A stretch of 64,000 nt of DNA, taken from Auanema rhodensis. Taxonomy: Eukaryota; Animalia; Nematoda. The stretch is taken from assembly GCA_964057225.1 (NCBI GenBank), contig OZ059895.1, positions 16,678,001 to 16,742,000 on the forward strand, given 5' to 3'. The position numbers were made by a program, and so were the translations under genes. This document shows positions 62,326 through 64,000 of this stretch, piece after piece. Position 1 is the stretch's first letter, and each line of letters opens with the position of its first letter. A model generated the notes under the pieces. The model had not been told where the DNA came from, did no database searches, and was given only the letters and a program-made list of their open reading frames with translations.

Positions 62326-64000
62326 GCTTGAAGTTTTATTTTTCGTACACAACTAGTCTGGCACACGGGTGAAGTGCTTCCAATTGATGGTCTTCTTATT
62401 TTCCTTTGTCGATCACTCCTACTTACGTGTAGCCATAATCTATTTCTGCTTGATTTTTTAAAAAAAGCAAACAAAGTTAATGGTTCATAACCTAAGCATT
62501 CTTAACTGGAAACATTGATGTTACTTCATTCATCTTGAGTATGTCATAGTCATGGTCCCTTTTGGAATACTCTGCGTCTCGTTCAAATCCTTCGTCGTCA
62601 TTCATGTGCTCTCTCTCCCTCATTCTTTATCTCTCTGCTCTGGGCTGCATTTTGTCTAACCTCCGGAGCTCTTGTTCTTTCGTAGTGACTAGAAGAATGA
62701 GCGAAATTCGTTTCTTTCCAGCTTCATCTCATAATTTTTAAATTATTTTTACGGTGATTCAATGATCTGCTTGCTTGGTGGTTGCACGAAGCGTCTGGAG
62801 CTTTTGCTCGATGTCATAGTCATTTCGTTGTGATGCGAGTTTTCGCAACATGGAAGAAATCACATTTTTAGGTGATAGGTTAAATTATTTTTTCTTTTTC
62901 TTATTAATTAGTCATTATTTTCCCGGTAGAAAAGTGATCATTAAACAGTTCCTTATTTATTAGATTTCCTGTTGCAATCCCGTAAACTCTTTTAATGAAT
63001 TTTGAGAGATATTTTCATACTCATGTAGGATGTAAAAGAAAAAAACCCAAGTTAGGAAAAGCTTGCCTTTTTTCAAGAATCGTGTTTTTGTTGAAATTAG
63101 CAATTTTGCAATTCCATTATTGATCAAAGACTTCAGTCAAATTTTGTTTTATGTGATCCCTAAAGGATACGAATTCATGGTTTCTTGATCGTGGTGATCA
63201 GGTGTCTACAAATTCTAATGTTTTCTGTTTTGTATAGAAGCATAGCTCTCCCCACCTCTCTATTCCTACGTCTTTTTCTTGCTGTCTTTTTAAGATTGTA
63301 TTTTCAATATATAATTGAGCGAGCACAGAACTCATCTCTGTGCATGTATTCTCATAAATTTCGGTCTAAATAACTTTAATGTTATATCAGCTTTCGTTGT
63401 TTCGACATATTCTAACATTTAAAATATATTTTATAAGACTTTGCGGGTAAAAGTTTTTGTCTATACTTCTTCATCTCTTTTCTTTTCTTCTCATCTTTCA
63501 TCATCTCCCACTTCCCAACCGTTGCAACTGTACGGGTTGAAGCTTTTGTATAGGTTGTTGCAGCATATTGTATTGAATAAATATCTATTTCAAGATTTTC
63601 TCTATAAAGATGTTGTAACCATATTTTTCTGCTTTTTTCCATTAGTCTTGGATTTCAAGCACAATTTTAAGTGTTTTGCTTTTGTTATTTTTCAGGAAAA
63701 ACAAATAATAATAGAGCACGTTTCAAGATCGTTTCTCTAGCTTGTACCTGCAGTCCTCTCATACCAAACTCAATGCCCATTCTCAACAATTCTCTTTCTT
63801 TTCTTTTCAGCTACCCACAACAGTCTTATGCGTAAACTTCATGACTGTAAACTGGATCATGTTTATCGTGCGAGCTTTCATGTTCATCAATTTTGTCCGA
63901 ATTTTCCCATGAGCTTTTGATTGTCTTCATATATATGCTCTAAAACTTGATAAAGAGAATTCTGGCTTTGTTGTGAGCATCATCAACTTTGTCATCAGCT

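Noticed and set aside
62540-62605. GTTCAAATCC B-box-like motif (also at ~60732) suggesting tRNA
   Set aside because: No cloverleaf or A-box could be built.
62850-63860. Possible start of a further plus-strand gene (MEEITFLGD..., acceptors at ~63695 and ~63810)
   Set aside because: Too short and ambiguous to assign before the window ends.

Overview
AT-rich eukaryotic genomic DNA from a nematode, most likely a clade V rhabditid. Evidence: many ~42-55 nt introns, acceptor-like AG just before start codons, and orthologues of C. elegans genes. Gene order: 5' end of chondroitin synthase sqv-5 (minus), then on plus a PB1-MEKK2/3 kinase, dysbindin (dsbn-1), ~10 kb of (CT)n-rich regulatory DNA, a patched-related (PTR) gene spanning a 200-N scaffold gap, two tandem haf-4-like TAP/ABCB9 half-transporters, ~9 kb of regulatory DNA, nhr-23 (ROR/HR3), PPIP5K/VIP1, an intron-rich zinc-finger/dead-integrase chimera, and Integrator subunit 3. 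Main observations: (1) a cluster of lin-4 complementary sites, one with near-complete seed plus 3' pairing, in a candidate non-coding unit just upstream of nhr-23; (2) a 7-nt coding first exon that gives nhr-23 the RORbeta-type N-terminus [11 protein letters not shown]; (3) haf-4 paralogues with near-identical introns and NBD but diverged membrane-core exons; (4) hidden splice/polyadenylation choices in PPIP5K that could separate its kinase and phosphatase activities; (5) a domesticated MULE-finger plus integrase gene in a probable operon. All gene models were spliced and translated by eye, and family assignments rest on recalled reference sequences, not database searches.
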